Sequence record: KJ019143.1 | Direction: 5' to 3' (one strand) | Length of the DNA stretch: 64,000 bases | Shown here: in pieces, positions 35,301 to 45,682 of the stretch | Position numbering within the stretch: position 1 is the first letter of the stretch | How the letters are laid out: each line of letters begins with the position of its first letter | The notes under the pieces: generated by a model | Database searches by the model: none | The model's input: only the letters and a program-made list of their open reading frames with translations | What the model was told of the DNA's origin: nothing | Program-made: the position numbers and the translations under genes

Positions 35301-37996
35301 CCTTCAAGAATGGTGATGTTAATATCAACCGCAACTTAACAGTTGGTGGTATCACTACCTTCATTGGTAATGTTTTCATTGAGGATACTGAGTTTGTAGA
35401 ACTAAGTGTTACCAATCAGGCTAACATTAACAAACTATTTGTAAACTCTGGTGTTGCAACTCAGTTTAGTATTGGTGTTGCTACTATCACCCAGTCACTA
35501 ACAGGTATCGCCACTATTGGTGACCTCAATGTAACTGGTCTTTCTACCTTCGTTGGTCTCGCTACCTTCCAGGGTGATGTTTATGTTGATAGTTACCTAG
35601 AAGTATCTAAGGATGTTGTAGTTGGTTCAGCACTAACAGTTCCTAACCTTACATTCACTGATGGTGATGGACAGTTCCTCAATATTCAGGAAGAGGTTGT
35701 TGGTGTATCCACTATTGGTTTTGCTAGTATTACAGATGAGATAGTAGGAACTTCCACTATCTTTAGATCCAATATTCGTGACCTAGCAGTATCCGGTCTC
35801 TCCACCTTTATTGGTGATGTGTTGATGGGTTCCAATCTAGATGTGGTTGGTGATATATCTGGAACTAATATATCAATTGCACAATCAGTAACCTCCGACA
35901 CCCTATTCACTAGGTTTGCTGATATTGAGGGATCCAATACTGGTGTTGCTACTATTGGTTTCGCCACTATAACCGAACTCTTCACTGAGGATCTAACGGT
36001 TGTAGGAACCTCCACCTTCGTTGGTTTCACAACGATGACGGGAGACCTAAACATTGAGGGTAACCTTAATGTAACTGGTGTTGTTACCTTCCAACAGTTA
36101 GACGCAACTCAGTCACAGATTGGTATCCTAACGGTATTCAACTACCTAGACAACCAAGGAGACCTAAGAGTAGTTGGTTTCTCCACACTCGGTGACTTCT
36201 CAGCCAACTCCGGTATCCTTACCAGTATTGAATCTGGTGAGATTGATGTAACCGGTGATGTTTCTATCGGTGGAACACTAGGTGTTGCCGGTGAAGTTGG
36301 TTTCTCCAGTAACTTCTATACCGTTGGTATTACTACCCTCGCTTCTGGAACTGGTATTGTTACTACTGGTGGTGACCTCTATGTTGGTGGTAACCTATTC
36401 GTATATAACGATATTGTATATGATGAAATCATTGGTCGTAACCTAGACATCAGTGGTATTGGTACTATCGCAGACCTCAGAGTGGGTCTTGGTAGTATCG
36501 CAGACCTTAGAGGTACAACACTCAGGTATCAGACTGGTATTATTACTTCACTCAGAGCAGAAGATTCTGAAGTTGGAAGACACATTGGTACCTCAGTTGT
36601 TGTAGAGAACATAACTGCTACTGGTCCTTCTACTTTCGTTGGTGTTGTTACTACTACTAACGAACTCTTTGTTGGAACTAACCTATTCGTAGGTAACAAC
36701 GCAGATATCCAAGGTGATATCTTCGGTAGAAACCTAACACTCGAACTAAACGCCTCTGGTACTACACTAGACTTTGATTCAGGTCAGATCGATGACCTTA
36801 TCTCACAGTATATACTCTCTGATGACTTGTTTGTCACTGGTATTACTACTTCAGTTGCGGCACAAATCAACTTCCTGAATGTATCTGGTGTAACTACTTC
36901 ACCTATCATTAACTCCACACTACTAACCAACTCTGGTTTAGTTACAACTGGTAGTCTATATGTTCAGGGTCTAGCACAGGTAGAAACAACTCTACTTGTA
37001 GATGGTAACTCCATCTTCAATGGTCCAGCACTCTTCAATGATACAGTTACAGTCAATGACGACATTAATGTAACAGGTGATATCACCTTCAACGATATCA
37101 GTGGTATTAATGGTAACTTCGCTGGTATTGTTACCGCAACGAAACTCAAGTCCAACTTCCTAGAGGTTAATGGTCAAACAGCCATTACTGGTTTGGCTAC
37201 CTTCTTCAGTGGATTGAATGTAAGAGGTGGTCCTCTAGTAGTAGATAATCAGATCTTCGCTAACTCTGGTTTCGTTACTACCATTCAGGGTACTGACTTA
37301 ACATATACTGATGGTATTTTCTTAGGTGATCTACAGGTCAATAAGGATACAACCATCAACCAGAACCTAAGAGTTGTTGGTATCACTACCTCAACCAACT
37401 TAGATGTATCAGCACAAACTGAAACCTCACTACTAAGTGTAACGGGTGTAGGTACTATTCCAATCTTATACTCCACCAATGGTGAGTTTAAGACTTCACT
37501 CAAGACGGATCAACTCTTCTTTAATACTGGTTTAGGTACATACCTCAGTGTTACTGATCTAAATGTTGTTGGTGTTGCTACTATCCCAACACTAGACATT
37601 GAATTCCTAGAAGCTGACAGAGCTGAAATTGGTATTCTAACCGTCACAAATAGAACTGATATCAGTGATACTTCCAGTATCTTTAGTTACAGACTAACTA
37701 CATCTGGATCAGCCACCAACGTAACTCTCTACGACTCCTCAGTTTATAGAAGTTTCGAGGCAAATATCCAAGTATCCACTGGTAGTAGTTTCCAATCTAG
37801 TAAGATGCATGGTTTGAGTGATGATAACTCTACACCAAATGTACTCTTCAATGAAACTTCTTACCTCTCTAATGGTGGTGAGTTGGCTGAGTTTGATGTA
37901 TCAGGTTCCGCTGGTAACAATGTTATCCTAACAGTTACTCCATATACAGTTGGAATTACAACCTATATACTTTCAGTAACCGCGGTAAGGGTCTAA
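32390..37996 (+). CDS. Long tail-fibre-like protein, 1868 aa
   Basis: Many 'STF.G..TF..DLYVGGDL.V.G' and 'NL.ISGIGTI' shaft repeats. Confidence 0.75.
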   Translation: MPLNYLTGRVSRLQVGFPGFSTAKDLTVDVAGAIGIDTQNPRAAADFPDVSIRGDIVDSVGFTGGIGYFLAQDVQGVRWVEAPPINSNAILVLDNGVIVGAGSFIGLNFDSGKDEDFLSVVPDPLNPQIAKIAYDVRWVRYNYGNNKGISTGFGDNGDYSSIPGYGTTEAVGVTSVGIGTNQPLDDFQVGIGSTGVTINGPLGLVDAEIIKAKSISVEGNLEVESLIVRPGVATLTTLDVLNEAFIPVEYVGFSSIQDANIDALFANQLLAGITTLGFGGEDVFILNDLYVQGGLGTFDGDVFVGGDLTVKGETFFNQINAVNLSVSGIATIVQAEIAVGLVTDLKVSGFSTLSDFSFNIGVGTYLELEDLDVSGVGSFGVVNSGDINVSGGLTASEIDADKGYIGILTADSIVSGAGTIGSIESDGNLTTLNDIIVGGASTFVGLGTFQDDLFVGGDLFVRGDVTFKNINGEQLLISGIGTIKELVFDSGIGTSLEVRDQITTGISTINEADIQDAAVERLTVGDAEIIGIATITEIDVDRGRVGILTGTDLSYAGIGTITEIDVDQGRVGLVTGDTLLYYEQSRINRVTFFDNYLSVNQSLRVSGLSTFVGTGTFFNDLYVGGDLYVAGELNFKQLNGENLYLTGVGTIYDLRNTVGFITNLYVEESVTGLATISSLVGSSATITDFTGQSLLIQNPFNPMPLDPTGIPGQGVIDSLLVRNLTSSNNILANDIDANFVDTDDLKAGVGTITDLEWTTAVGDDTTTNTLQVTDTATINIIDANQIDAEDANIGVATLSSLLVTGVTTFKGQVDIEDIEFVDQSVTGISSINILKFNVGYGTYLEVTDSVTGVGTIGLASITTAQVSFLDVRDEVVGASTIGVLSVTEGFAVSGFSTFVGFTTYKGDVFVDGNLTVTGFVSFTQLNADQSQIGILTVFDALDARTGVGTFKHLETVDSAVLSGVSTIGLTTFKNGDVNINRNLTVGGITTFIGNVFIEDTEFVELSVTNQANINKLFVNSGVATQFSIGVATITQSLTGIATIGDLNVTGLSTFVGLATFQGDVYVDSYLEVSKDVVVGSALTVPNLTFTDGDGQFLNIQEEVVGVSTIGFASITDEIVGTSTIFRSNIRDLAVSGLSTFIGDVLMGSNLDVVGDISGTNISIAQSVTSDTLFTRFADIEGSNTGVATIGFATITELFTEDLTVVGTSTFVGFTTMTGDLNIEGNLNVTGVVTFQQLDATQSQIGILTVFNYLDNQGDLRVVGFSTLGDFSANSGILTSIESGEIDVTGDVSIGGTLGVAGEVGFSSNFYTVGITTLASGTGIVTTGGDLYVGGNLFVYNDIVYDEIIGRNLDISGIGTIADLRVGLGSIADLRGTTLRYQTGIITSLRAEDSEVGRHIGTSVVVENITATGPSTFVGVVTTTNELFVGTNLFVGNNADIQGDIFGRNLTLELNASGTTLDFDSGQIDDLISQYILSDDLFVTGITTSVAAQINFLNVSGVTTSPIINSTLLTNSGLVTTGSLYVQGLAQVETTLLVDGNSIFNGPALFNDTVTVNDDINVTGDITFNDISGINGNFAGIVTATKLKSNFLEVNGQTAITGLATFFSGLNVRGGPLVVDNQIFANSGFVTTIQGTDLTYTDGIFLGDLQVNKDTTINQNLRVVGITTSTNLDVSAQTETSLLSVTGVGTIPILYSTNGEFKTSLKTDQLFFNTGLGTYLSVTDLNVVGVATIPTLDIEFLEADRAEIGILTVTNRTDISDTSSIFSYRLTTSGSATNVTLYDSSVYRSFEANIQVSTGSSFQSSKMHGLSDDNSTPNVLFNETSYLSNGGELAEFDVSGSAGNNVILTVTPYTVGITTYILSVTAVRV

Positions 37997-38016
37997 AACA
38001 CCTCTCCCACTCCCTC

Positions 38017-38024
38017 TATAAATA
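38017..38024 (+). promoter_or_regulatory. T4-type late promoter
   Basis: TATAAATA upstream of the GTG start at 38068. Confidence 0.8.
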
Positions 38025-38067
38025 TCTGTATATCTAACACTGCAGATTATAGGGGGAATGTGAACCC

Positions 38068-41000
38068 GTGGCGAATCAGAATTTTCGTGTCAAAAAAGGT
38101 ATAGAAGTTGGCTTAGGTGCCACTTTTCTATACGCAGACGACAGTGGAGTTGGCATTAATAGTGCTAGCCCACGATCAAACCTAGACGTTCGAGGTAGAT
38201 CCCAAACAGAGGAACTACTGGTAGACAACTATGCAGAGGTGCAAGGACCCTCTACATTCGTTGGACTAGGTACCTTTGGGGGTGATCTATATGTTGGGAA
38301 TGATCTATATGTAAAGGGCAACCTATCATTCACCAGTTTTGAATCTGAGACTGGTAATGTAACAGGTGTTCTTACCACAAGAGACTTTAATGTAACCGGA
38401 TTATCTACGTTTGCGGGAGACGCCACCTTCCAAAGTGACGTAAATATCTCTGGTGCTTCTTCAATTACTGGAAACTTAGTAGTTTCTGGTGCCTCTACGC
38501 TCACAGGTATCGTCACAACTGGCGATGACCTCTATGTGGGTGGTAGTTTATATGTATTCAATGATATCTTCTATGATGAGATTACTGGTAGAAACCTCAG
38601 TATCTCTGGTATTGCCACACTCAGACAGTTAGAAATCCAACAGGACCTAGAAGTTGCAGGTCTCTCCACATTTGTTGGTTTAGTATCGTTCAGAGATGCA
38701 GTAGGTACAAACCTAACAGTTTATAATCTTTCCGCCAATACTGGTAACTTCGTAGAGATTAACGTCGATGGTGGAGGAGGCGGCGGTGGCGGTACTGGTA
38801 TCGATAGTACCTCCGTCAATACCGAGTTCTTAAACGTCACTGGTGTTGCAACATTTAACAATGGTATTGCCACCAACTTCAGTGCAGAGTTTATTGACGC
38901 TGGTGTAACCACAACTACCGACCTCCACTTCACTAATGGTTACGGTGTCAATCTCAATATGAGTGGCATCACAACTGTTGGTATTCTAACAGTCTATGAG
39001 AATATCTATGACTCTAGAAACCAAGTTGGTTATGGTGACTCACTACTAGTCACACAGGGTGGGAAACTAGTATGGACTAGACCTGATATTGCAGGTATTG
39101 CCACTTCATTCCAACCAGGTTCTACCTTCTATGTAAGTGAGAATGGTAGTAATACCAATGATGGTAGAAGTCCAGAGAAAGCATGGGGCTCTATTGCATA
39201 TGCCGTATCACAGATTGGAGATACTTCTCACGATATTCTAGAGGTTACTGCTGGTGAATACACAGAAACCTTCCCTATCACAGTCCCTAAAGGTCTAACC
39301 ATTTCTGGTGCTGGACAAAGGGCAACCATTGTCAGACCGTCACAGGCAACCGAAACCAATGATGGTTTCCTACTAAACGATAGATCCACTATCCACAACA
39401 TGACAGTTGTTGGATTCTACAAACCACAAGGTTCTATCAACTACGCCTTCAAGTTTAGTGTTGGAGCAGCAATCACCAGTAGAAGTCCTTATGTTGATAA
39501 GGTCACGGTCATCAACAAAGGTACTCAGACAAGTGCCAGTGACCCATATGGTTATGGTTCAGCTGACTCCTACCCAACCACAGCACCTGGTGGTGCTGGT
39601 GTTTTAGTTGATGGTAGTGTAGTTGCAACCAACTCACTAGAAGCAGCAATTCTCCTCAATGAGGTTACACTATTCACTGCTGGCAACCAAGGTATTAAGA
39701 TTACCAATGGTGGTAGAGTAGAGTGGTTAAATGGTTTCATCTACTTCGCTTCTGAAGCACTTGTAGGTCTTAGTGATAAGACTACTGGTTTAGCGGGTGC
39801 TGGTAAGGCAAGACTAACCCTAGAGAACGCCTCTGGTGGATTGGTTGGTGGTAATACCGTTCAATACTATGATAGTGATGGAACCACAGTTCTTGCTTCT
39901 GGTACCATTGATAATGTATCTGGTAGTTATGTAACACTAACCAACGCTGGTGTTGGTACATTCACAACTCCTAGAAATAGAACAGCCAAGAAGGTTGACT
40001 TTGTTAATGGAGCACAACTATCCACAGCACAGGCAAGGTTCGGTACATCCTCACTAGATGTAACTGGTGCCGGAACTGATAACATCACAGTTGATTCCAC
40101 TTCAGACTTTGGGTTTGGAACTGGAGACTTCACCGTTGAATTCTGGATATACAGAACTGGTAATATTAATGGTAAGGTAATCTGTGACTTCAGAGATACC
40201 GCCGCTACAGATCAAGCAATTACTATCCAAGGTGATGGTGGTAATGAGACTGATGTTTATATTGGTACTACATCCGTTGTCACTGGTACAGTTCCTACCA
40301 CACTGAATGCTTGGAACCATATCGCTGTTTGTAGAGTTGGTTCTACCATCACTCAGTATATTGATGGTGCTGTTTCTGGTAGTGGAACTGCTGCTACTGA
40401 TCTAGGTGTTGCTAGACAACTAACCTTTGGTGATAGGTACGACAATAGTAACAACGGTCCTACAGCATACCTAGATGAACTTCGTGTCACTAAGGGGGCA
40501 GCAAAATACACAGGAGCATTCACTTCACCTTCAGTAGCACTCACAGGTGATAAGGATACTTCTATCCTACTACACTTTGATGGTATCAATGGAGCAACCT
40601 CCACTACAGATGATATCATTGTCCTCCAGGATATTCGTATCACTGGTGGCAACACAGCAGATAAAGTTACCCTAGCAGACTACAGTCAGTTTGGTGCTGA
40701 CCTCAGGTCCATCGCTTGTGCCATTGAATATGGTAACCAGGGTATGATTGGTGATGGTGATGGAGTAACTCTCCGTGCTATCTCTATCAACTTCAACCAT
40801 GTAGGTGCTCTTGGTGATATCACTAACGATCCTAACCTAGCGATTCAATCGAACGAGGTTATCGAACTCAATGGTGGTCAAGTATCCTATGTAAGTATTG
40901 ACCAGAAGGGTGACTTCAGAGTTGGTGAAGCATTCTATGTGAATCAGGAGACTGGTGAAGTATCCTTTACAGATACTGTAACAGACCTAACTGCCCTATC

Positions 41001-44000
41001 CTCACTCACTATTACTGATGGCACTAACAGTAGTATCATTACTCCTACTTCCGGTAGGTTTGGTAATGTTCTTATCAGTGGTCAGAGTGTAGAGAGTGTA
41101 ACCGGAGACCTCAACATTAAGACTGGTGGTTCCGGTGAGATCAATATCTTTGGTAACACCAATGTTATTGGTATTCTAACCGCTCAGATCATTGAGATTA
41201 ATGCTATTCAGAAGGGCGATACAGCAATCGCTCTAGATGATACTGGAACTGATGGGACTATCCGTTTCATCACAGACGGACAAGAAGCACAACGCATTAC
41301 AAACCAACAGAGAGTTGGTATTAACACCACCACCCCAGTTACTCAGTTAGAAGTTAAGGGTGGAACACAACTAGAGAACTTAAATGTAACTGGTATTGCC
41401 ACACTTAATGGTGTTGGTATTGCTACTATCGGTGGTGATCCTGACTTCAGGAACTTAAATATCACTGGACTATCAACTTTCGCTGGTGTTGGTACTTTCC
41501 TCAGTGACTTGTATGTTGGTGGTAACCTCAGTGTCCTAGGTGATATCAAGTTTGATGAAGTTGATGCGAGAAACGCCAACATCACTGGTATTGCCACAGT
41601 TGGTTTCGCCTCTATCACAGATGCCAGAGTTGGAAGTGCCCTCACTAACTTGGGTCACACTCAACTCAATACTCTGAATGTAAGTGGAGTATCTACACTA
41701 TCACTACTAGAAGTCAGTGGTAACTCAGTATTTACTGGTATCTCTACCTTCAATAACAATGTAACTATCAATGGTGACCTCACCATTAATGGTTCTCAGA
41801 ATGTAGATAGTTTTGGAACTGGTGATTTAATAGTTAGTGGTATTGCTAGTATCAACCAGGCGAAGATCGCCACTGGTATTGTTACCACACTAACTGCCAC
41901 TAGAACAGAGTCAGCAGAATTAAAAGTAACTGGTCTCTCCACCTTTGTTGGTGTTGCTACCTTTGCTAACGATGTATTCGTGGCAGGTAACCTCAATGTT
42001 CTAGGAGATATTGCATATGATGAAGTCACTGGTAGAAACCTAAACATCTCCGGTATCGCAACCATCGGGTTCGCCTCTATCACAGACGCCAAGATTGGTG
42101 TCGCCACTATTACAAAACTTGATGTCACTGAGATCAATGTAGATGGTGGAACAGGTATTGATGATAACTCAGTAACTACAGAGAACCTAGTTGTTAGTGG
42201 TATCGCTACCATCAACTCAGGTATCCTCACAACCCTCCAGGCGGAGGTAGGAAGTATCACAAACCTCACCGCTGGTGTTTCTACCTTTACTGGTATTGTA
42301 ACCACTACAGAGGATCTATACGTTGGTGGAAACCTCTACGTATTCAATGATATCTTCTATGATGAAATCACTGGTAGGAACCTTTCTATCTCTGGAGTAT
42401 CTACATTAGGTTTCGCTTCTGTTAGAGATCTAAGAGTATCTGGTGTCGCTACATTCCTTGGTGATGTGGAGATCAGTGGATCACAGATTGTTGACTCACT
42501 AATAACTGGTGACTTGGAAGTTACTGGTGTTACTACAACTAAGGAACTAAGATTTACAGACGCTGTTGGTGTAGGACTCACACTCACCAATCTAGTTGTA
42601 ACTGGTAACGCGGAACTCAATGGTTCTGGTATTGTTACCGCTGGTCAAGACATCAACTTCAGAAACCTAGAAGTTGCTGGTCTATCAACCTTTGTTGGTC
42701 TCCAGTCCTTCAGGTCAGCAGTTGGAACGGCACTCACAGTTTATAACCTAAGAGTTCCTGAAAATGGTATTGTTTCACTACCTGGTATTCCTGTTCAGGG
42801 TGGGGACGCTGAGTTTAGAAACGTCAATGTAACTGGTGTATCTTCCTTCAGTGGAGTATCAACTTTCGGTAGTGACCTCTATGTGGATGGAAACCTATTT
42901 GTTTCTGGTCTAGACTTCAGAGAGACACTTGCTGGTGAAAACCTATTAGTTGCTGGTGTTGGTACTGTTAATAATCTCAATAGTAATATTGGTATTATCA
43001 CTCATCTACAGGCAGGTATATCAACCTTCACTGGTATCACCACCTTCCAGAGTGATGCCTCCTTCTTGAGTGATGTATATGTAGATGGAAACCTTAATGT
43101 TACGGGTGACATTAGATATGATGAGGTGAATGGTAGGAACTTGAATATCAGTGGTATCGCTACCATTGGTTACTCCTCTATCACAGACGCCAAGATTGGT
43201 GTTGCTACTATCTCCACACTATCCTTTGGTGATGGTGTTGGAACAGCACTCACACTTACAGACCTCACGGTAACAGGTGACGCCAACCTCAATGGTTCTG
43301 GTATTGTAACCGCTGGTTCTGATGTAGCGTTTAGAAATCTAGAAGTAACTGGACTATCTACCTTCACTGGTGTTGGTACTTTCCTCAGTGACTTGTATGT
43401 TGGTGGTGACCTCTTTGTATTCAATGATATCAAGTATGATGAGATTAATGGTAGAAACCTAAACATCTCTGGTATCTCCACACTTGGTTTCACTTCTATC
43501 TCCGACATCAGAGTATCTGGTGGTTCTACCTTCTTAGGTAATGTAGAGATTGATGGAAACCTAGATGTAACTGGTGACCTAACCTTTGATGAGTTTGATG
43601 CCACTAACGCTAACATCACTGGTATTGCCACTATTGGTAACCTACTAGCGGGTGTGGGAACTATCACCACACTATCATCTACTGATGGTGAGATTACAAC
43701 ACTAACCTCTACTGATACTGTTGTTGGTACTCTAACCGCCACTGATGCCACTATCACTACACTAGGTGTTACTGATAGTATAGTTGGAACCTCTACCATT
43801 ACAACACTCAGTGTTACTGATAGTGTAGTTGGAACTTCTACTATCACAACACTCAACTTCACTGATGGTGTTGGAGTAGCACTCACACTCACTGACCTCA
43901 ATGTTCTAGGTGAAGCTAACCTCAATGGTTCTGGTATCGCAACCGCTGGTTCTGATATAGAGTTTAGGAACCTCAGTATTACTGGTCTCTCCACCTTTGT

Positions 44001-45624
44001 TGGTGTAGCAACCTTCCAAGATGACTTGTATGTGGCAGGTAACCTGAATGTATTGGGTGACCTAACCTATGATGAAGTGAATGGTAGAAACCTTAACATC
44101 TCTGGTATCGCTACCATTGGTTTCGCCTCTATCACAGACCTAAGAGTATCTGGTGTAACTACCTTCCTCGGTCCTGTTAATATCGATGGTGGTCAGCAAA
44201 CCGACTTCATTCAAACCACAGACTTGATTGTCACTGGTGTTGCCACTATTGGTTACGCAACTGTCACTAAGTTGATCGCTGATCACAGTGATATGAGGAA
44301 CCTGAATGTATCAGGTATCGCCACTATTGGTAGTCTCGTATCAGATGGTAATGGTGGAATCATTGTAGATGGTGCTGTATCCATTAGTGGTATTGTTACT
44401 ATTGGTGAAAACTCTATCATTCTCGATGGTAGAAAGGATGTAGAAGCGATCTACTTGGGTGATACTGGAAGAGCAATCGTCTCTGGTATTACTACTGATG
44501 GTAAGAGAACTTATGTCAAATTTGATGATGGTAGATTTGATAGACTAAATGTATCTGGTATCTCTACCTTCAATGATGTAGTATCCACATCATCTACTAT
44601 CACTAACCTAGATGTAACCACAGCAACTGTTGGTTTCCTAACCGCAACTCAGGGTTATGTTGGAGTTCTAACCGTTGGAAACCTCAGTAATGGTGGTGGC
44701 GGTTCTGTTATCGGTGAGGACATTACTACCAGAAACCTCAGTGTAACTGGTGTATCTACCTTCGCAGGTATTGTTACTACCTCTGGTGATCTCTATGTTG
44801 GTGGTGATCTCTTTGTATTCAATGATATCTTCTATGATGAGATCAATGGTAGAAACCTGAATATCACGGGTGTCGCCACTATCGGTTACTCCTCTATCAC
44901 TGATGTTAGAGTATCTGGTGTAGCAACATTCCTAGGTGATGTGAATATCTCTGGTGTTACTTCTGTAACCACACTGGAGGCAACTGGCATTGATGCCTAT
45001 CGGGTTACTACTCAGAGATTGATCGTACCCGATGATGGTTTCGTACAACTACCTGGTATCCCAGTTAGTGGTGGTTCCGCTGAGTTCTCAGAACTATTAA
45101 TAACTGGTATATCTAGTTTCGTTGGAGTCGCCACCTTCAAGGATGATGTGTATATCGATGGTGACTTTATTGTTGGTGGATCTCAGGTTATTGATAATGT
45201 TGCTACTGAGAACATTATCATCAGTGGTATTGCTACAATAAGAACAGGTGAGATCACTGAACTAAATGTAGGAATTGCTACAGTTGGATTCCTCACAGCC
45301 ACTGATGGATACATTGGAGTTCTAACAGCTCAGAACTACACTTCACTCTCTGATGAGAGACTCAAGTCTAACATTGAAACTATTGATGATGCTCTAGCGG
45401 GTGTTCTCAGACTCGATGGTGTAATGTTCCAGTGGAATAATACTGGCAAAACTGATATGGGTGTTATCGCCCAACAGGTGGAGGCGGTATTCCCCGAGAT
45501 CGTACATGGGGATGATACAAAGGGAGTCAATTATAACGGTCTTATTGGTGTACTGATCGAAGCAGTCAAGGAACTCAAAGTAGAAAACGATAGTCTCAGA
45601 GAGAGACTAGACAGACTGGAGTGA
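38068..45624 (+). CDS. Long tail fibre, 2518 aa, with LamG/ConA-like domain and C-terminal S74 intramolecular chaperone
   Basis: 'DFTVEFWIYR...WNHIAVCR...YLDELRVTKG' LamG domain; 'SDERLKSNI...GVIAQQVE...YNGLIGVLIEAVKEL' S74 domain. Confidence 0.85.
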   Translation: MANQNFRVKKGIEVGLGATFLYADDSGVGINSASPRSNLDVRGRSQTEELLVDNYAEVQGPSTFVGLGTFGGDLYVGNDLYVKGNLSFTSFESETGNVTGVLTTRDFNVTGLSTFAGDATFQSDVNISGASSITGNLVVSGASTLTGIVTTGDDLYVGGSLYVFNDIFYDEITGRNLSISGIATLRQLEIQQDLEVAGLSTFVGLVSFRDAVGTNLTVYNLSANTGNFVEINVDGGGGGGGGTGIDSTSVNTEFLNVTGVATFNNGIATNFSAEFIDAGVTTTTDLHFTNGYGVNLNMSGITTVGILTVYENIYDSRNQVGYGDSLLVTQGGKLVWTRPDIAGIATSFQPGSTFYVSENGSNTNDGRSPEKAWGSIAYAVSQIGDTSHDILEVTAGEYTETFPITVPKGLTISGAGQRATIVRPSQATETNDGFLLNDRSTIHNMTVVGFYKPQGSINYAFKFSVGAAITSRSPYVDKVTVINKGTQTSASDPYGYGSADSYPTTAPGGAGVLVDGSVVATNSLEAAILLNEVTLFTAGNQGIKITNGGRVEWLNGFIYFASEALVGLSDKTTGLAGAGKARLTLENASGGLVGGNTVQYYDSDGTTVLASGTIDNVSGSYVTLTNAGVGTFTTPRNRTAKKVDFVNGAQLSTAQARFGTSSLDVTGAGTDNITVDSTSDFGFGTGDFTVEFWIYRTGNINGKVICDFRDTAATDQAITIQGDGGNETDVYIGTTSVVTGTVPTTLNAWNHIAVCRVGSTITQYIDGAVSGSGTAATDLGVARQLTFGDRYDNSNNGPTAYLDELRVTKGAAKYTGAFTSPSVALTGDKDTSILLHFDGINGATSTTDDIIVLQDIRITGGNTADKVTLADYSQFGADLRSIACAIEYGNQGMIGDGDGVTLRAISINFNHVGALGDITNDPNLAIQSNEVIELNGGQVSYVSIDQKGDFRVGEAFYVNQETGEVSFTDTVTDLTALSSLTITDGTNSSIITPTSGRFGNVLISGQSVESVTGDLNIKTGGSGEINIFGNTNVIGILTAQIIEINAIQKGDTAIALDDTGTDGTIRFITDGQEAQRITNQQRVGINTTTPVTQLEVKGGTQLENLNVTGIATLNGVGIATIGGDPDFRNLNITGLSTFAGVGTFLSDLYVGGNLSVLGDIKFDEVDARNANITGIATVGFASITDARVGSALTNLGHTQLNTLNVSGVSTLSLLEVSGNSVFTGISTFNNNVTINGDLTINGSQNVDSFGTGDLIVSGIASINQAKIATGIVTTLTATRTESAELKVTGLSTFVGVATFANDVFVAGNLNVLGDIAYDEVTGRNLNISGIATIGFASITDAKIGVATITKLDVTEINVDGGTGIDDNSVTTENLVVSGIATINSGILTTLQAEVGSITNLTAGVSTFTGIVTTTEDLYVGGNLYVFNDIFYDEITGRNLSISGVSTLGFASVRDLRVSGVATFLGDVEISGSQIVDSLITGDLEVTGVTTTKELRFTDAVGVGLTLTNLVVTGNAELNGSGIVTAGQDINFRNLEVAGLSTFVGLQSFRSAVGTALTVYNLRVPENGIVSLPGIPVQGGDAEFRNVNVTGVSSFSGVSTFGSDLYVDGNLFVSGLDFRETLAGENLLVAGVGTVNNLNSNIGIITHLQAGISTFTGITTFQSDASFLSDVYVDGNLNVTGDIRYDEVNGRNLNISGIATIGYSSITDAKIGVATISTLSFGDGVGTALTLTDLTVTGDANLNGSGIVTAGSDVAFRNLEVTGLSTFTGVGTFLSDLYVGGDLFVFNDIKYDEINGRNLNISGISTLGFTSISDIRVSGGSTFLGNVEIDGNLDVTGDLTFDEFDATNANITGIATIGNLLAGVGTITTLSSTDGEITTLTSTDTVVGTLTATDATITTLGVTDSIVGTSTITTLSVTDSVVGTSTITTLNFTDGVGVALTLTDLNVLGEANLNGSGIATAGSDIEFRNLSITGLSTFVGVATFQDDLYVAGNLNVLGDLTYDEVNGRNLNISGIATIGFASITDLRVSGVTTFLGPVNIDGGQQTDFIQTTDLIVTGVATIGYATVTKLIADHSDMRNLNVSGIATIGSLVSDGNGGIIVDGAVSISGIVTIGENSIILDGRKDVEAIYLGDTGRAIVSGITTDGKRTYVKFDDGRFDRLNVSGISTFNDVVSTSSTITNLDVTTATVGFLTATQGYVGVLTVGNLSNGGGGSVIGEDITTRNLSVTGVSTFAGIVTTSGDLYVGGDLFVFNDIFYDEINGRNLNITGVATIGYSSITDVRVSGVATFLGDVNISGVTSVTTLEATGIDAYRVTTQRLIVPDDGFVQLPGIPVSGGSAEFSELLITGISSFVGVATFKDDVYIDGDFIVGGSQVIDNVATENIIISGIATIRTGEITELNVGIATVGFLTATDGYIGVLTAQNYTSLSDERLKSNIETIDDALAGVLRLDGVMFQWNNTGKTDMGVIAQQVEAVFPEIVHGDDTKGVNYNGLIGVLIEAVKELKVENDSLRERLDRLE

Positions 45625-45682
45625 TAAATACAAATACGGCTCAATGAGCCCTTTTGTACGTACACAAAGGAGAAAAACCTAA